Part shown: one piece after another, positions 1 to 9,686 of the stretch
Numbering within the stretch: position 1 is the first letter of the stretch
Layout of the letters: each line of letters opens with the position of its first letter
Source: an uncultured Gammaproteobacteria bacterium
GTDB lineage: Bacteria > Patescibacteriota > Microgenomatia > UBA8517
Direction: 5' to 3'
NCBI GenBank assembly: GCA_964395115.1
Contig: CAYMZX010000007.1
Span: 1-54,495, forward strand
DNA: 54,495 bases
Translations under genes and position numbers: made by a program
Notes under the pieces: generated by a model
The model's database searches: none
What the model was told of the DNA's origin: nothing
The model's input: the letters and a program-made list of their open reading frames with translations, nothing else

Positions 1-803
1 GTTATAGTAAATCCGCAGGGTAGGAAGAAGGTAAAGGCGCCCATTAAAAAAGGCATATAGCGGCCTTTGAAATTAGACTCGGTGGCAATAAATTTCGTAA
101 TAAATTTTGGCATCGCAAATTGAAATTTCCTAAAAGCTTCAAGACCGAGCATCTGAAGGGCCAAAAAAATCATCATTATAGAAACAGCGATAACTAAAAT
201 CGGCCCGAATTTTAAGGAAAAATCTAGTTTGCCGCCAACTGCTCCTAACAACGCTCCCATAACGCCGTAAGAAACAAGCCTCCCAACATTAAAAATTAAA
301 AGAGGCTGGGTTTTCTTCCAGGCGGAGTCGGTATCCGAATATAATCCGGCCCATTGCTCTGACAAAGAAAGAATCAGTCCGCCAACCAGAGCCGCGCAGC
401 TAGAAACCCCGGCAAGGAGTCCGAACACAAAAAACACTGGCAAAGACGATTTTGAACCAACATTTATTAATTCTGACAATCCCGCTTTATTTAATCCAAT
501 AAAACCGACGATGATTAGCAATCCTATCCCAAAAGTAATTAAAAATTCCCTTGCTCTAAAACCGTTTATGATTTCTCTTGGTTGATCAGCGAAAATATAA
601 CCGTCGCTTTTAAAAATTTCATTCAGTCTTTCGGAGGTCGGTTTTTCGCCGTCGTATTCGATCAGCACCTTGCCTTTGGCGGTTGAGGCTTCGATTGATT
701 TTATGCCCTCCAATTCTAGTAGTTTCTTCTCAATTAAAATCTCACAAGAGGCGCAATGCATTCCTTTGACATAGTAGGTATGCTCTTTTGTATTTCTAGT
801 CAT
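1..803 (-). CDS. HMA-domain / DsbD_2 (TauE-like) membrane protein, runs off the window
   Basis: Not in the ORF track. Translation from ATG 803 gives MTRNTKEHTYYVKGMHCASCEILIEKKL (HMA metal motif), then multiple TM helices including GLLAGVSSCAALVGG. Lies directly downstream of the CsoR-like gene. Confidence 0.8.
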   Translation of the reverse strand, partial: MTRNTKEHTYYVKGMHCASCEILIEKKLLELEGIKSIEASTAKGKVLIEYDGEKPTSERLNEIFKSDGYIFADQPREIINGFRAREFLITFGIGLLIIVGFIGLNKAGLSELINVGSKSSLPVFFVFGLLAGVSSCAALVGGLILSLSEQWAGLYSDTDSAWKKTQPLLIFNVGRLVSYGVMGALLGAVGGKLDFSLKFGPILVIAVSIMMIFLALQMLGLEAFRKFQFAMPKFITKFIATESNFKGRYMPFLMGAFTFFLPCGFTI

Positions 804-815
804 ACAATCTCTCAA

Positions 816-1109
816 TTATTTATTAAGGAGTTTTGTGACTTTTAAAATTTCTTCAATCATCTCCTGTTTTCTTTTTTCGTTCTTTGCGGCCATTGCCGTT
901 TTGAAGCAAGTATTAAGATGGTTTTCCATCAACATTTGATGGGCAGATTTTAAAAGGCCGACCACTGCCAAGTTTTGCTGCATAATATCAACGCAATATT
1001 TATCGGCCTCAACCATCTTTATGATTTTCGATATTAAGCTTTGGGCCTTTTTGAAATTGATGAGAGTTTTTTCGTGCTTGGCGGCAGGCAAGTCTTTTCG
1101 AGCGCTCAT
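816..1109 (-). CDS. csoR: CsoR/RcnR family metal-sensing repressor
   Basis: Contains YCVDIMQQ...ENHLNTC (Cys/His/Cys ligand pattern); sits upstream of the HMA gene. Confidence 0.85.
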   Translation of the reverse strand: MSARKDLPAAKHEKTLINFKKAQSLISKIIKMVEADKYCVDIMQQNLAVVGLLKSAHQMLMENHLNTCFKTAMAAKNEKRKQEMIEEILKVTKLLNK

Positions 1110-1137
1110 ATTTTTAAAGTTAACGATTAACCCCTTT

Positions 1138-1191
1138 TATACCCCCACCATAGGTATAGGTCTATTGTAACAAGCAAGAAATCGTTGTCAA
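1138..1191 (-). promoter_or_regulatory. sigma70 promoter and CsoR-type operator
   Basis: Minus-strand TTGACA (1186-1191), 16-nt spacer, TACAAT (1164-1169). Inverted repeat TATACC-N9-GGTATA with a C-tract at 1138-1158. Confidence 0.7.
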
Positions 1192-1305
1192 CCGCAAATT
1201 TACTTTTAATCATCTTCCTCCCCCAAAAAAGTTCCCCGGAGTATAAAACTTCTTCTTAATTACTCCCTTGTATTTTGGCTGGTGGTATGGTAATAAGAAA
1301 ACGCG

Positions 1306-2391
1306 ATGGCGATCAAGAAAAAAACCCAACGGGAAATTCCCCAATCCCAAACGGACGGATCGGCTAAACTCCAGGCAATTCGATTGGCGATGGAGCAGAT
1401 AGAAAAACAGTACGGTCGAGGATCGATTATGAAATTAGGCGAGCAGCCAAGCGAAAAAATGAAGGTCGAAGCAATTCCAACCGGGTCTATTGCTTTAGAT
1501 TTGGCATTAGGAGTTGGCGGTCTTCCCCGTGGTCGAATTGTTGAAATTTACGGGCCAGAGGCGTCGGGGAAAACAACCCTCGCCCTATCGGTAATCGCCG
1601 AAGCACAAAGGCGAGGTGGACAAGCAGCGTTTGTCGACGCCGAACACGCCCTCGATCCGACTTGGGCGGAAAAAATAGGTGTTAATCTGGATGACCTGCT
1701 GATGTCTCAACCGGATACCGGCGAGCAGGCTCTGGAAATTACCGAGACCTTGATTCGATCGGGAGCTTTGGATGTGATTGTTGTTGATTCGGTGGCCGCC
1801 TTGGTTCCCCGAGCCGAACTGGAAGGAGAAATGGGAGACGCGGTTATGGGCATGCAGGCCAGACTGATGAGTCAAGCCTTGAGAAAACTGACCGGGGCGA
1901 TTTCCAAAAGCAAAACCATTCTTATCTTCACCAACCAAATAAGACAAAAAATAGGTGTCATGTTTGGCAATCCCGAAACTACCCCCGGCGGTTTAGCCCT
2001 CAAATTTTATTCATCGATCAGATTAGATGTGAGAAGAATAGAAGTTTTGAAAGACGGCGAAGCGGTGATTGGTTCCAGGCATCGGGTCAGAATTGTCAAA
2101 AACAAAGTTGCCCCTCCCTTGAAAGTAGCCGAGCTCGATATTATGGCTGAAGAAGGTATTTCCAAATCGGGCAGTCTACTTGATGTAGCGACCGAGCTGG
2201 GACTTATTGCCAAAAGCGGATCATTCTTTAACTATGAAGGAAAGCCGATTGCTCAAGGAAGAGAGGGAGCCAAAACCTATATCCAAGAACACCCTCGTTT
2301 TGCTGAGGAGCTGGAAAAGAAGATAAAAGAAGTGGTGGCTTCTGGTAAAAAACTCCCAAAAGAGATTGGTGAAGTAGAAGAAAAAGAGTAA
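1306..2391 (+). CDS. recA: Recombinase RecA
   Basis: GPEASGKTT Walker [24 protein letters not shown]. Confidence 0.99.
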   Translation: MAIKKKTQREIPQSQTDGSAKLQAIRLAMEQIEKQYGRGSIMKLGEQPSEKMKVEAIPTGSIALDLALGVGGLPRGRIVEIYGPEASGKTTLALSVIAEAQRRGGQAAFVDAEHALDPTWAEKIGVNLDDLLMSQPDTGEQALEITETLIRSGALDVIVVDSVAALVPRAELEGEMGDAVMGMQARLMSQALRKLTGAISKSKTILIFTNQIRQKIGVMFGNPETTPGGLALKFYSSIRLDVRRIEVLKDGEAVIGSRHRVRIVKNKVAPPLKVAELDIMAEEGISKSGSLLDVATELGLIAKSGSFFNYEGKPIAQGREGAKTYIQEHPRFAEELEKKIKEVVASGKKLPKEIGEVEEKE

Positions 2392-2396
2392 AACCA

Positions 2397-3008
2397 GTGC
2401 CCGCAATAACGGCGATAAAGCTCCAGAAAAACCGAAAAAGGGCCAATATTTATTTGGATGGAAAATTTGGATTCGGGATTGATTTGGAAAATTTTGCTAA
2501 ACTAGGATTGAAAACCGGTCAGGAGCTTGCTGATAGAGAAATAAAAGAAATAGTCAAAAAATCTGAATTTAGAAAAATTCTTGATAAGCTTCTTAAATTT
2601 ACCACGCTTAGACCTAGGTCGGAGAAAGAAATAAGAGACTGGCTGATAAAGAAAAAAGTTCACGTAAGTCTACACAATGAGTTATTTAATCGATTAAATC
2701 GGTTGTCTTTAATGAATGACGAAAAGTTTGCTACTTGGTGGGTTGAGCAAAGACTAGAATTTTCGCCAAGAGGAAAGAAAATGATTATCCATGAATTAAG
2801 AACAAAAGGCGTTAAAGAGGGGGTTATCAAAAAAGTTATCGAACAAATAAAAACCGATGAGGGAAAAATAGCCAAAGAACTTCTCGACAAGAAAGCATAT
2901 AAGTGGAGAAACCTTTCAAGGTTGGAAGCTCGCCAAAAAATGGGTCAGTTCTTAGCCAGAAAAGGTTTTGATTGGGAAATAATTGAAAAGATATTGAAAA
3001 AGAGGTAA
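2397..3008 (+). CDS. recX: Regulatory protein RecX
   Basis: RPRSEKE, ND..FA, PRG..I..EL..KG and C-terminal LARKGF motifs; follows recA. Confidence 0.93.
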   Translation: MPAITAIKLQKNRKRANIYLDGKFGFGIDLENFAKLGLKTGQELADREIKEIVKKSEFRKILDKLLKFTTLRPRSEKEIRDWLIKKKVHVSLHNELFNRLNRLSLMNDEKFATWWVEQRLEFSPRGKKMIIHELRTKGVKEGVIKKVIEQIKTDEGKIAKELLDKKAYKWRNLSRLEARQKMGQFLARKGFDWEIIEKILKKR

Positions 3009-3018
3009 AATTGCTTTT

Positions 3019-3104
3019 GGAGTCAAGAAACAATGGGCAAAAAGTCGCTAATGCTGGCTTCTTCAATCCTTAATTAAGGACGCCCTTTTTGTTTCTTAAG
3101 CTCC
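3019..3104 (+). promoter_or_regulatory. Structured RNA element upstream of rny
   Basis: Nested pairings GGAG/CTCC, AAGAAACAA/TTGTTTCTT and GGGC/GCCC enclose two hairpins, one being the palindrome TCCTTAATTAAGGA. Confidence 0.5.
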
Positions 3105-3133
3105 CACTTATTTATTTGTTTATTTGCGGTTAG

Positions 3134-4381
3134 ATGACCACATCAGACGACATCAAGGCAATAGTTAAAGATCTGAGGAGACAGAGGGAGGCTTTGGAGA
3201 GAAAAGAAGCCCTTCTGAAAACTCGTGAAGAAGAATTGATCTCTCGGTTAGAAAAAGTGGCCGGGATCAATAGAGAAGAAGCGAAAAAAATTCTTCTTGA
3301 AGAAATCCAGAAAGACCTTACGGCAGAAATAGCTAAAAAGATTAGGAATGCCGAGGAAAGAATCAAAGAGGAAGCGAGCCAGAAAGCTAGAGAAATTCTA
3401 GCCGATGCGATGAAACACGGGGCGACTACTTATACGGCAGAATATACAGTTTCTTCAGTAACCGTTCCAAATGAAGATGTCAAGGGGAGAATCATTGGTG
3501 CCGGCGGAAGAAACATAAGAACATTTGAGAGGGAAACGGGGGTTGAAATAGAAATCGACGAAGGAAATGAAATTAGGCTTTCTTCTTTTGATGCCATAAG
3601 GAGGGAAATTGCCAAAAGAAGTCTTAAGCGGCTTATCAAAGATACCAGGATCCAGCCCTCAAGAATCGAAGAGGTGGTTAAACAAGTCAAGGGAGAAATC
3701 GAAGATGTTCTTTTAGAGGAGGGAAGAAGAATTACCCAAGAATGTGGAGTCTACAATCTCCCCCTCGAACTTATTAAATTAATCGGCCGTTACAAATTTA
3801 GGACATCTTATGGCCAGAACTTGGGTCTGCATACAATAGAGGAAACAAAAATTGGAGTTGCTATTGCTAATGAACTCGGGGCTAATGTGGACATTGTTCG
3901 CCTAGGGTGTCTCCTTCACGATATTGGCAAGGTGGTTACGGATGAAGAGGGAACTCACATAGAGGTTGGAGTTAACACTCTTAAACGATTTTCGCTTCCC
4001 AAGGAGGTAATTGCCTGTGTTGCTGAGCATCACGAAGATAAGCCTTTCTCTTCGACCGAATCGGTAATTGTCTGGACGGCTGATGCTATTTCCGGTTCTC
4101 GACCCGGGGCCCGATATGAACCCCATGAAGAGTATGTTAAGAGAATGAGTAAGATCGAGGAGATTGCCGCCTCGTTTCCGGGAGTAGAATCAGTTGTGGC
4201 ATTTCAAGCCGGCCGAGATGTCAGGGTAATTGTCAACCCAGAAGAAGTTGATGACGAGGCAATAACTGTTTTAGCTCATGATATTGCCAAGAGGCTGGAG
4301 AAAGAAACAGAGTATGCCGGACAGATAAAAGTAACAGTAATTAGGGAAATTCGAGCCAGCGAGTCGACTGTTGCTAAGTAA
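3134..4381 (+). CDS. rny: Ribonuclease Y (KH + HD domains), no N-terminal TM anchor
   Basis: KGRIIGAGGRNIR (KH), RTSYGQN, LLHDIGK, ADAISGSRPGAR, IKVTVIRE. Confidence 0.95.
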   Translation: MTTSDDIKAIVKDLRRQREALERKEALLKTREEELISRLEKVAGINREEAKKILLEEIQKDLTAEIAKKIRNAEERIKEEASQKAREILADAMKHGATTYTAEYTVSSVTVPNEDVKGRIIGAGGRNIRTFERETGVEIEIDEGNEIRLSSFDAIRREIAKRSLKRLIKDTRIQPSRIEEVVKQVKGEIEDVLLEEGRRITQECGVYNLPLELIKLIGRYKFRTSYGQNLGLHTIEETKIGVAIANELGANVDIVRLGCLLHDIGKVVTDEEGTHIEVGVNTLKRFSLPKEVIACVAEHHEDKPFSSTESVIVWTADAISGSRPGARYEPHEEYVKRMSKIEEIAASFPGVESVVAFQAGRDVRVIVNPEEVDDEAITVLAHDIAKRLEKETEYAGQIKVTVIREIRASESTVAK

Positions 4382-4454
4382 GACAAGGGAAAAACAATTG
4401 CCAAAAATTATCTAACTTGACTTTTTCCCAAGCTTTCGCTATTCTTGGCTCGTT

Positions 4455-4730
4455 ATGACAAAAAGAGAGTTGATTGATTTGGTTGCCAGAAAGGCGCATT
4501 TGACCAAAAGAGCCGCCAATGAAGCAGTCGAAGTTTTCCTAAACGAGGTCGGCCGGGTACTATCTAAAGGTGAAAAAGTTGTCCTCTCAGGATTCGGAAC
4601 CTTCAGGGTCATTTCTATGAAGGGAAAAACTGTCAAGATTCCTAAAACAGACAAACTGGTTACAATCAAGGCTCATCGTTCGCCTCGTTTTACTCCCGGA
4701 AAGAAATTAAAAAGGCAGGTTTTGAGGTAA
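4455..4730 (+). CDS. hup: HU family DNA-binding protein
   Basis: MTKRELID, LSGFGTF, PRFTPGKKLK. Promoter TTGACT-17-TATTCT at 4417-4445. Confidence 0.95.
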   Translation: MTKRELIDLVARKAHLTKRAANEAVEVFLNEVGRVLSKGEKVVLSGFGTFRVISMKGKTVKIPKTDKLVTIKAHRSPRFTPGKKLKRQVLR

Positions 4731-4777
4731 TCTTCAATAATTCTTAATTCCTAAGTGTTATACTTTGGCATAGGCAT

Positions 4778-5773
4778 ATGGACAGGGCCATAATTGTTGA
4801 CCATTTGGTCAAGAATTTCGAAGTAACCGAGAAGGAATCGGGTATTTCGGGAGCAATTTCATCCATCATTTCGCCAAAAAAGAAAATTATCAGGGCTCTT
4901 CGAGGAATTTCGTTTACGATTCAACCTGGAGAGCTGGTCGGTTTTATCGGACCGAACGGGGCGGGTAAAACAACCACTTTAAAGATATTATCCGGTCTTC
5001 TCTATCCTACCGCTGGTTTTGTTCAGGTTTTAAGTTTTGATCCATGGGATAGAAAGCCCGAGTTTCTAAAGCAAATTTCGCTGGTGATGGGACAGAAAAA
5101 CCAACTATGGTGGGATTTGCCAGCCATCGAGACATTGGAACTAAACCGGGCTATTTACGAAATTCCGGAAAAAGAATTCGAACAAAACTTAAAAGAACTG
5201 ACATCCCCTTTAGGAGTTGAGAACCTACTTAAAGTTCAAGTTCGAAAACTCTCTTTGGGTCAAAGAATGAAACTCGAGCTGATCGCTGCCCTTATCCACA
5301 AACCAAAGGTACTTTTTCTGGACGAACCCACAATTGGTCTTGATCTAATCGCCCAGCAAAAAATGCGAGATTTCATTTACGAATATAATCGTCGCTACCA
5401 GACAAGTATTTTATTGACTTCGCACAACATGGACGATCTTGTAGATTTGGTCCGGAGGGTTATCGTCATAGACGAAGGCCGCATTCTTTTTGATGGGGCT
5501 CTGGAGGAGCTAGTTTCCCGATTTGCCAAAGAGAAAATTATTAAAGCTTCTTTAACAAAGGAAGATGATATTCAAAGAATAGAAACCATCGGCAAGGTTA
5601 AAAAGATTGCTTTTCCAGAGGTCGTCCTGTCTATTCCCCGAGAGGTGGTGGCGGTGGCGGCGGCAGAACTTCTTCAAAACTTTCCGATTGCGGATTTGAC
5701 TATCGAGGAGGTTCCCATAGAAGACATTATCAGAAAAGTTTTTCGGGGCGAGATGGCTCGAAAAAAACACTAA
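4778..5773 (+). CDS. ABC transporter ATP-binding protein
   Basis: GPNGAGKTT, LSLGQ, LFLDEPT. Confidence 0.95.
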   Translation: MDRAIIVDHLVKNFEVTEKESGISGAISSIISPKKKIIRALRGISFTIQPGELVGFIGPNGAGKTTTLKILSGLLYPTAGFVQVLSFDPWDRKPEFLKQISLVMGQKNQLWWDLPAIETLELNRAIYEIPEKEFEQNLKELTSPLGVENLLKVQVRKLSLGQRMKLELIAALIHKPKVLFLDEPTIGLDLIAQQKMRDFIYEYNRRYQTSILLTSHNMDDLVDLVRRVIVIDEGRILFDGALEELVSRFAKEKIIKASLTKEDDIQRIETIGKVKKIAFPEVVLSIPREVVAVAAAELLQNFPIADLTIEEVPIEDIIRKVFRGEMARKKH

Positions 5774-6579
5774 TGTTGGAAAAATACTTGCAAATATTTA
5801 AGATCTCTTTGGTTCAGGAATTTGCATATCGATTGAACTTTATCATGTGGCGGGTAAGGAATGTAATGCAAATATTTTTGGTTTTTTTCCTTTGGAATTC
5901 TGTCTTTTCCGATCCGACCAGAATGGTTTTTGGATACGATAGGGGGAAAATTTTGACCTATGTTTTCGGGATACTTATTCTTAAAGCTATAGTTTTATCG
6001 GCTCGGGCGGTCGATGTGGCCGGGGAAATTTCGAGAGGGGATTTATCCAATTTTCTTCTAAAGCCGATCAACTACTTTAAATTTTGGTTTACAAGAGATA
6101 TTTCAAGCAAGGCTCTAAATCTGGGATTTGCCATTGTTGAGGTATTGATTCTTTTTATTTTGTTAAAACCGCCGCTTTTTATTCAAACAGAGATAATATC
6201 TCTTTTCGGTTTTCTTGTTTCTCTAGTTTTGGCTGTATTTCTTTTTTTCTTGCTTCTGTTTCTAATTAATCTGGTCGCTTTTTGGATGCCCGAAAACAGC
6301 TGGGCGGCCCAGTTTCTATTTATCGCGATATTGACAGAGTTCCTTTCGGGAGGTGTTTTTCCCTTAGATATTCTGCCGATTACCGTTCAGAGGTTTTTAT
6401 ACCTTTTGCCCTTTCCCTATCTGATGTTTTTCCCCCTTCAAGTCTATTTGGGTAAAATTGTCGGCAGTCAGATGTTCGGCGGTATTCTTATCTCGCTTTT
6501 TTGGGTTTTGGTTTTGGCGATTGGTTTGAATATAGTTTGGAACAAGGGAATCAAGAGATTTGAAGCAGTGGGTAGGTAA
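5773..6579 (+). CDS. ABC-2 type permease (DUF990-like)
   Basis: About six TM helices, GDLSNFLLKP and LSGGVFPLD motifs; coupled to the ATPase gene. Confidence 0.88.
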   Translation: MLEKYLQIFKISLVQEFAYRLNFIMWRVRNVMQIFLVFFLWNSVFSDPTRMVFGYDRGKILTYVFGILILKAIVLSARAVDVAGEISRGDLSNFLLKPINYFKFWFTRDISSKALNLGFAIVEVLILFILLKPPLFIQTEIISLFGFLVSLVLAVFLFFLLLFLINLVAFWMPENSWAAQFLFIAILTEFLSGGVFPLDILPITVQRFLYLLPFPYLMFFPLQVYLGKIVGSQMFGGILISLFWVLVLAIGLNIVWNKGIKRFEAVGR

Positions 6580-6580
6580 G

Positions 6581-7360
6581 ATGAAAAAATATCTAAAAGT
6601 CTGGTGGTTGATGAGTAAGAACGCTTTTCTCAGTATGCTTATGAACAGACTGGGAGCATTGGTATTTTTGTTCGGAAAAATTCTAAGATTCGGATTTTTT
6701 ATCGCCTTTATTGTTTTTCTTCTTAAGGGAACTAATACTCTGGCCGGCTACAATCTTAATCAGACCCTCTTTTTCTTTCTGACCTTTAACCTTGTTGATA
6801 TCGTCACCCAATTTCTTTACCGGGAGGTTTATCGCTTTAGGCCCTTGGTGGTTTCGGGCGGTTTTGATTTAGTTTTGACCAAGCCCATAAATGCTCTTTT
6901 CCGGTCGTTGATGGGTGGGGCCGACATTTTGGATTTGATAACCATTCCGCCGCTTATTGTTGCGGTTTATTTCTTGGGTATGTCTTTAAATCCTACTCTG
7001 GTTCAGATTTTCCTTTATCTTTTGCTACTTATTAATGGTTTATTGATTGCAACCGCTTTTCATATAGCGATTCTTTCTTTAGGAATCATTACCTTGGAGA
7101 TTGACCATACGATTATGATTTACCGAGATTTGACAAATTTGGGCCGTTTTCCGGTAGATATTTATAAACAGCCCTTAAGGGGTATTTTGACCTATCTGAT
7201 ACCAGTGGGATTGATGGTAACTTTTCCTGCTAAGGCCTTGATGGGCCTGCTCAATCCGAGGGTTACTCTCCTTTCTCTTGCCTTTGGGACAATCTGTCTT
7301 TTTGTTTCCTTGAAGTTTTGGAATTACGCCTTAACCAAATATTCATCCGCCTCAAGCTAG
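6581..7360 (+). CDS. ABC-2 type permease (second subunit)
   Basis: GGFDLVLTKP and RFPVDIY motifs; ATG at 6581 preferred over the TTG at 6560. Confidence 0.88.
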   Translation: MKKYLKVWWLMSKNAFLSMLMNRLGALVFLFGKILRFGFFIAFIVFLLKGTNTLAGYNLNQTLFFFLTFNLVDIVTQFLYREVYRFRPLVVSGGFDLVLTKPINALFRSLMGGADILDLITIPPLIVAVYFLGMSLNPTLVQIFLYLLLLINGLLIATAFHIAILSLGIITLEIDHTIMIYRDLTNLGRFPVDIYKQPLRGILTYLIPVGLMVTFPAKALMGLLNPRVTLLSLAFGTICLFVSLKFWNYALTKYSSASS

Positions 7361-7364
7361 GGTT

Positions 7365-8336
7365 ATGACGAAGCTTTTAATTATCTGCGGACCTACAGCT
7401 ACGGGCAAAACTGCCTTGGCGATCGACATAGCAAAAAAATTTGGCGGGGAAATTGTTTCCGCCGACTCGCGCCAGGTTTACAAAGAAATGGACATAGGAA
7501 CCGGCAAAGACTTACCTAAAGGGTCGACATATAAAGCGGTTCTCGGCAACTATGGTTTCTATGAAATCAAGGGCGTAAAAATTTGGGGATACGACTTAGT
7601 GGAACCCACTAAGCAGTTTAGTGTGGCAAATTATACTCGTTTTGCCCAAAAAACTATTCAACATATCATCAAGAGGGGGAAACTGCCGATTTTAGTAGGA
7701 GGAACCGGTCTTTATATCAAAGCCGTTGTAGATGGAATCCCAACCGCGTTTATTCCCAAAAACGAATCGTTAAGGAAGAATCTGGCAGGAAAAACCCTCG
7801 CCGAACTTTTTGAAAATTTAGCCCAACTCGATCCGATAAAAGCAGCATTGTTAAATGTCTCCGACAGGAAAAACCCGCGAAGATTGATTCGAGCGATTGA
7901 AGTAGCCCAATGGCGTTTAAAATCGGGCAGAAAAGAAAAGATTAGAATCAAGAAATACGACAGCCTCTTTATTGGTCTTAATGCCCCCAAAAATTATTTA
8001 TTTGAAAAAATAGAAAAACGTGTTGATGAAAGGATCAATCGGGGGCTGGAAAGAGAAATCAAAAAACTTTTCGAAAAAGGGGTAACTTGGGAATCGCAAG
8101 CGATGAGTTCTTTAGGCTATCGTCAATGGAAACTTTATTTTGAAAAAAAAGAAACTCGAGACAAGGTTATAGATATTTGGAAGAACGAAGAAAAGAAGTA
8201 CGCCAAACGCCAGATTACTTGGTTTAAGAAAGATAAAAGAATCAATTGGTTTGATATTTCTAAACGGCGATGGCGAAATTATGTAGAAAAATTGATCAAA
8301 AAATGGTATTCTAACGCCAATGTATCGAAAAATTGA
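7365..8336 (+). CDS. miaA: tRNA dimethylallyltransferase
   Basis: GPTATGKT, SADSRQVY..MDIGT, GGTGLY, YAKRQITWF. Confidence 0.97.
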   Translation: MTKLLIICGPTATGKTALAIDIAKKFGGEIVSADSRQVYKEMDIGTGKDLPKGSTYKAVLGNYGFYEIKGVKIWGYDLVEPTKQFSVANYTRFAQKTIQHIIKRGKLPILVGGTGLYIKAVVDGIPTAFIPKNESLRKNLAGKTLAELFENLAQLDPIKAALLNVSDRKNPRRLIRAIEVAQWRLKSGRKEKIRIKKYDSLFIGLNAPKNYLFEKIEKRVDERINRGLEREIKKLFEKGVTWESQAMSSLGYRQWKLYFEKKETRDKVIDIWKNEEKKYAKRQITWFKKDKRINWFDISKRRWRNYVEKLIKKWYSNANVSKN

Positions 8337-9294
8337 AATTTCTCACCGAACAATAATTTTCACCGCCGTTTTTTTGTTGGTGCTTTGGATTTTATATATT
8401 ATCCGCGACATTATTCTGCAATTATTTATCGCCCTTCTTATCATGGCGATTTTAAACCCTCTAGTTAGCAAATTATCTAAACGAAGAATTCCTCGGGCGC
8501 TTTCAGTGTTCTTGGTCTATTTTATATTTTTCGGAATAATTGGAACTTTGATTGGGGTAATAATTCCGATAGTGATCAGCCAAAGCACAAGCTTTGTCAA
8601 TAGTCTTCCCAGGTTTTTCGACAATTTAGGGGTAAGCAGGCTTTTGAGCGAACAAATGGTCGGTCAACTTATTTCTCAACTAGGAGGATTTCCTGGTCAG
8701 GTAGTCAAAGTTGGAGTGTCAATTTTCTCTAACATCTTCGACATTTTTGCGGTTTTGATTTTCGCCTTTTATTTTTTGTTGATGCGAGAAAAGCTGGACG
8801 ATCATTTGGGGTTTTTCTTTGGGGAGGAAAAGAGACAAGAGATTGCCAGGCTGATTAATATTTTGGAAAAACGACTGGGAAGCTGGGCTAGGGGCGAGCT
8901 GATGCTTATGGCTTTGGTGGGAACCTTCACTTATCTGGGGCTTTTAATTTTAGGAATTCCTTTCGCCCTTCCCCTCGCCCTTTTAGCCGGAGTTTTAGAA
9001 ATTATTCCATACATCGGGCCAATAATAGCGGCAATTCCGGCGGTTCTTGTCGGATTAAGTATTTCGCCACTAATGGGATTGGCAGTTGCCAGCTTGGCAT
9101 TTCTTATTCAGCAATTTGAAAACTACCTTTTTGTGCCCAAGGTGATGGAAAAATCTGTAGGAGTTTCGCCTATAATCACTTTAGTAGCCTTAGTAATTGG
9201 CTTAAGGCTGGCGGGGGTTGTCGGAATTATTGTTTCGGTGCCATTAGTCATTACTCTTCAAGTTTTGGGCAAACAGTATCTTCTTAAGGATTGA
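8320..9294 (+). CDS. AI-2E (PerM/UPF0118) family transporter
   Basis: Multi-TM protein with IPYIGP and QQFENYLFVPKVM motifs. Confidence 0.92.
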   Translation: MYRKIEISHRTIIFTAVFLLVLWILYIIRDIILQLFIALLIMAILNPLVSKLSKRRIPRALSVFLVYFIFFGIIGTLIGVIIPIVISQSTSFVNSLPRFFDNLGVSRLLSEQMVGQLISQLGGFPGQVVKVGVSIFSNIFDIFAVLIFAFYFLLMREKLDDHLGFFFGEEKRQEIARLINILEKRLGSWARGELMLMALVGTFTYLGLLILGIPFALPLALLAGVLEIIPYIGPIIAAIPAVLVGLSISPLMGLAVASLAFLIQQFENYLFVPKVMEKSVGVSPIITLVALVIGLRLAGVVGIIVSVPLVITLQVLGKQYLLKD

Positions 9295-9326
9295 AAAAAG
9301 AAAACTTTCTTGATATAATAGCTCCA

Positions 9327-9623
9327 CTCTGGAGGAAGGATGACCGGGCACCGACAACATATTTTGTTGCGGCCGTCAGGAAAGTCCAGGCAGCAGAAGG
9401 CAGGGTGGTCGCTGTAAAGCGGCACGCGAAAGCGCTAGTTAGAGCCACAGAGACGACAACTCATTTCGGACCAGATAGGTTCGGAAAAGAGAGTGAAAAG
9501 AGGCAATCCTCCCCGCTGCAACCTCCGACCGGGTCGTTACTAGGTCGCCTTCCCGAGACCCAAGGATAGAGGGCTTAGATAGATGGTCATCTGAAACAGA
9601 ACCTGGCTTACTAGCCTCCAGAG
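9327..9623 (+). ncRNA. rnpB: RNase P RNA
   Basis: P1 CTCTGGAGG/CCTCCAGAG, conserved AGGAAAGTCC and ACAGAACCTGGCTTA, AGAGCCACAGAGAC. Promoter TTGAAA-17-TATAAT at 9291-9319. Confidence 0.95.
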
Positions 9624-9627
9624 ATAT

Positions 9628-9658
9628 GAAATGCCCCTCCCAAAAGGAGGGGTATTTC
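9628..9658 (+). terminator. Hairpin terminator after rnpB
   Basis: GAAATGCCCCTCC-CAAAA-GGAGGGGTATTTC. Confidence 0.7.
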
Positions 9659-9686
9659 ATTGGCAGAAAAATGAATGGAAAAGCTT

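Noticed and set aside
1200-1305. SOS box upstream of recA
   Set aside because: No convincing LexA-type repeat was found.
3019-3104. 6S RNA next to rny
   Set aside because: About 86 nt and branched, too short for a 6S rod with a central bubble.
9291-9660. ORFs 9291-9569 (+) and 9439-9660 (-)
   Set aside because: They overlap the RNase P RNA and are shadow ORFs.
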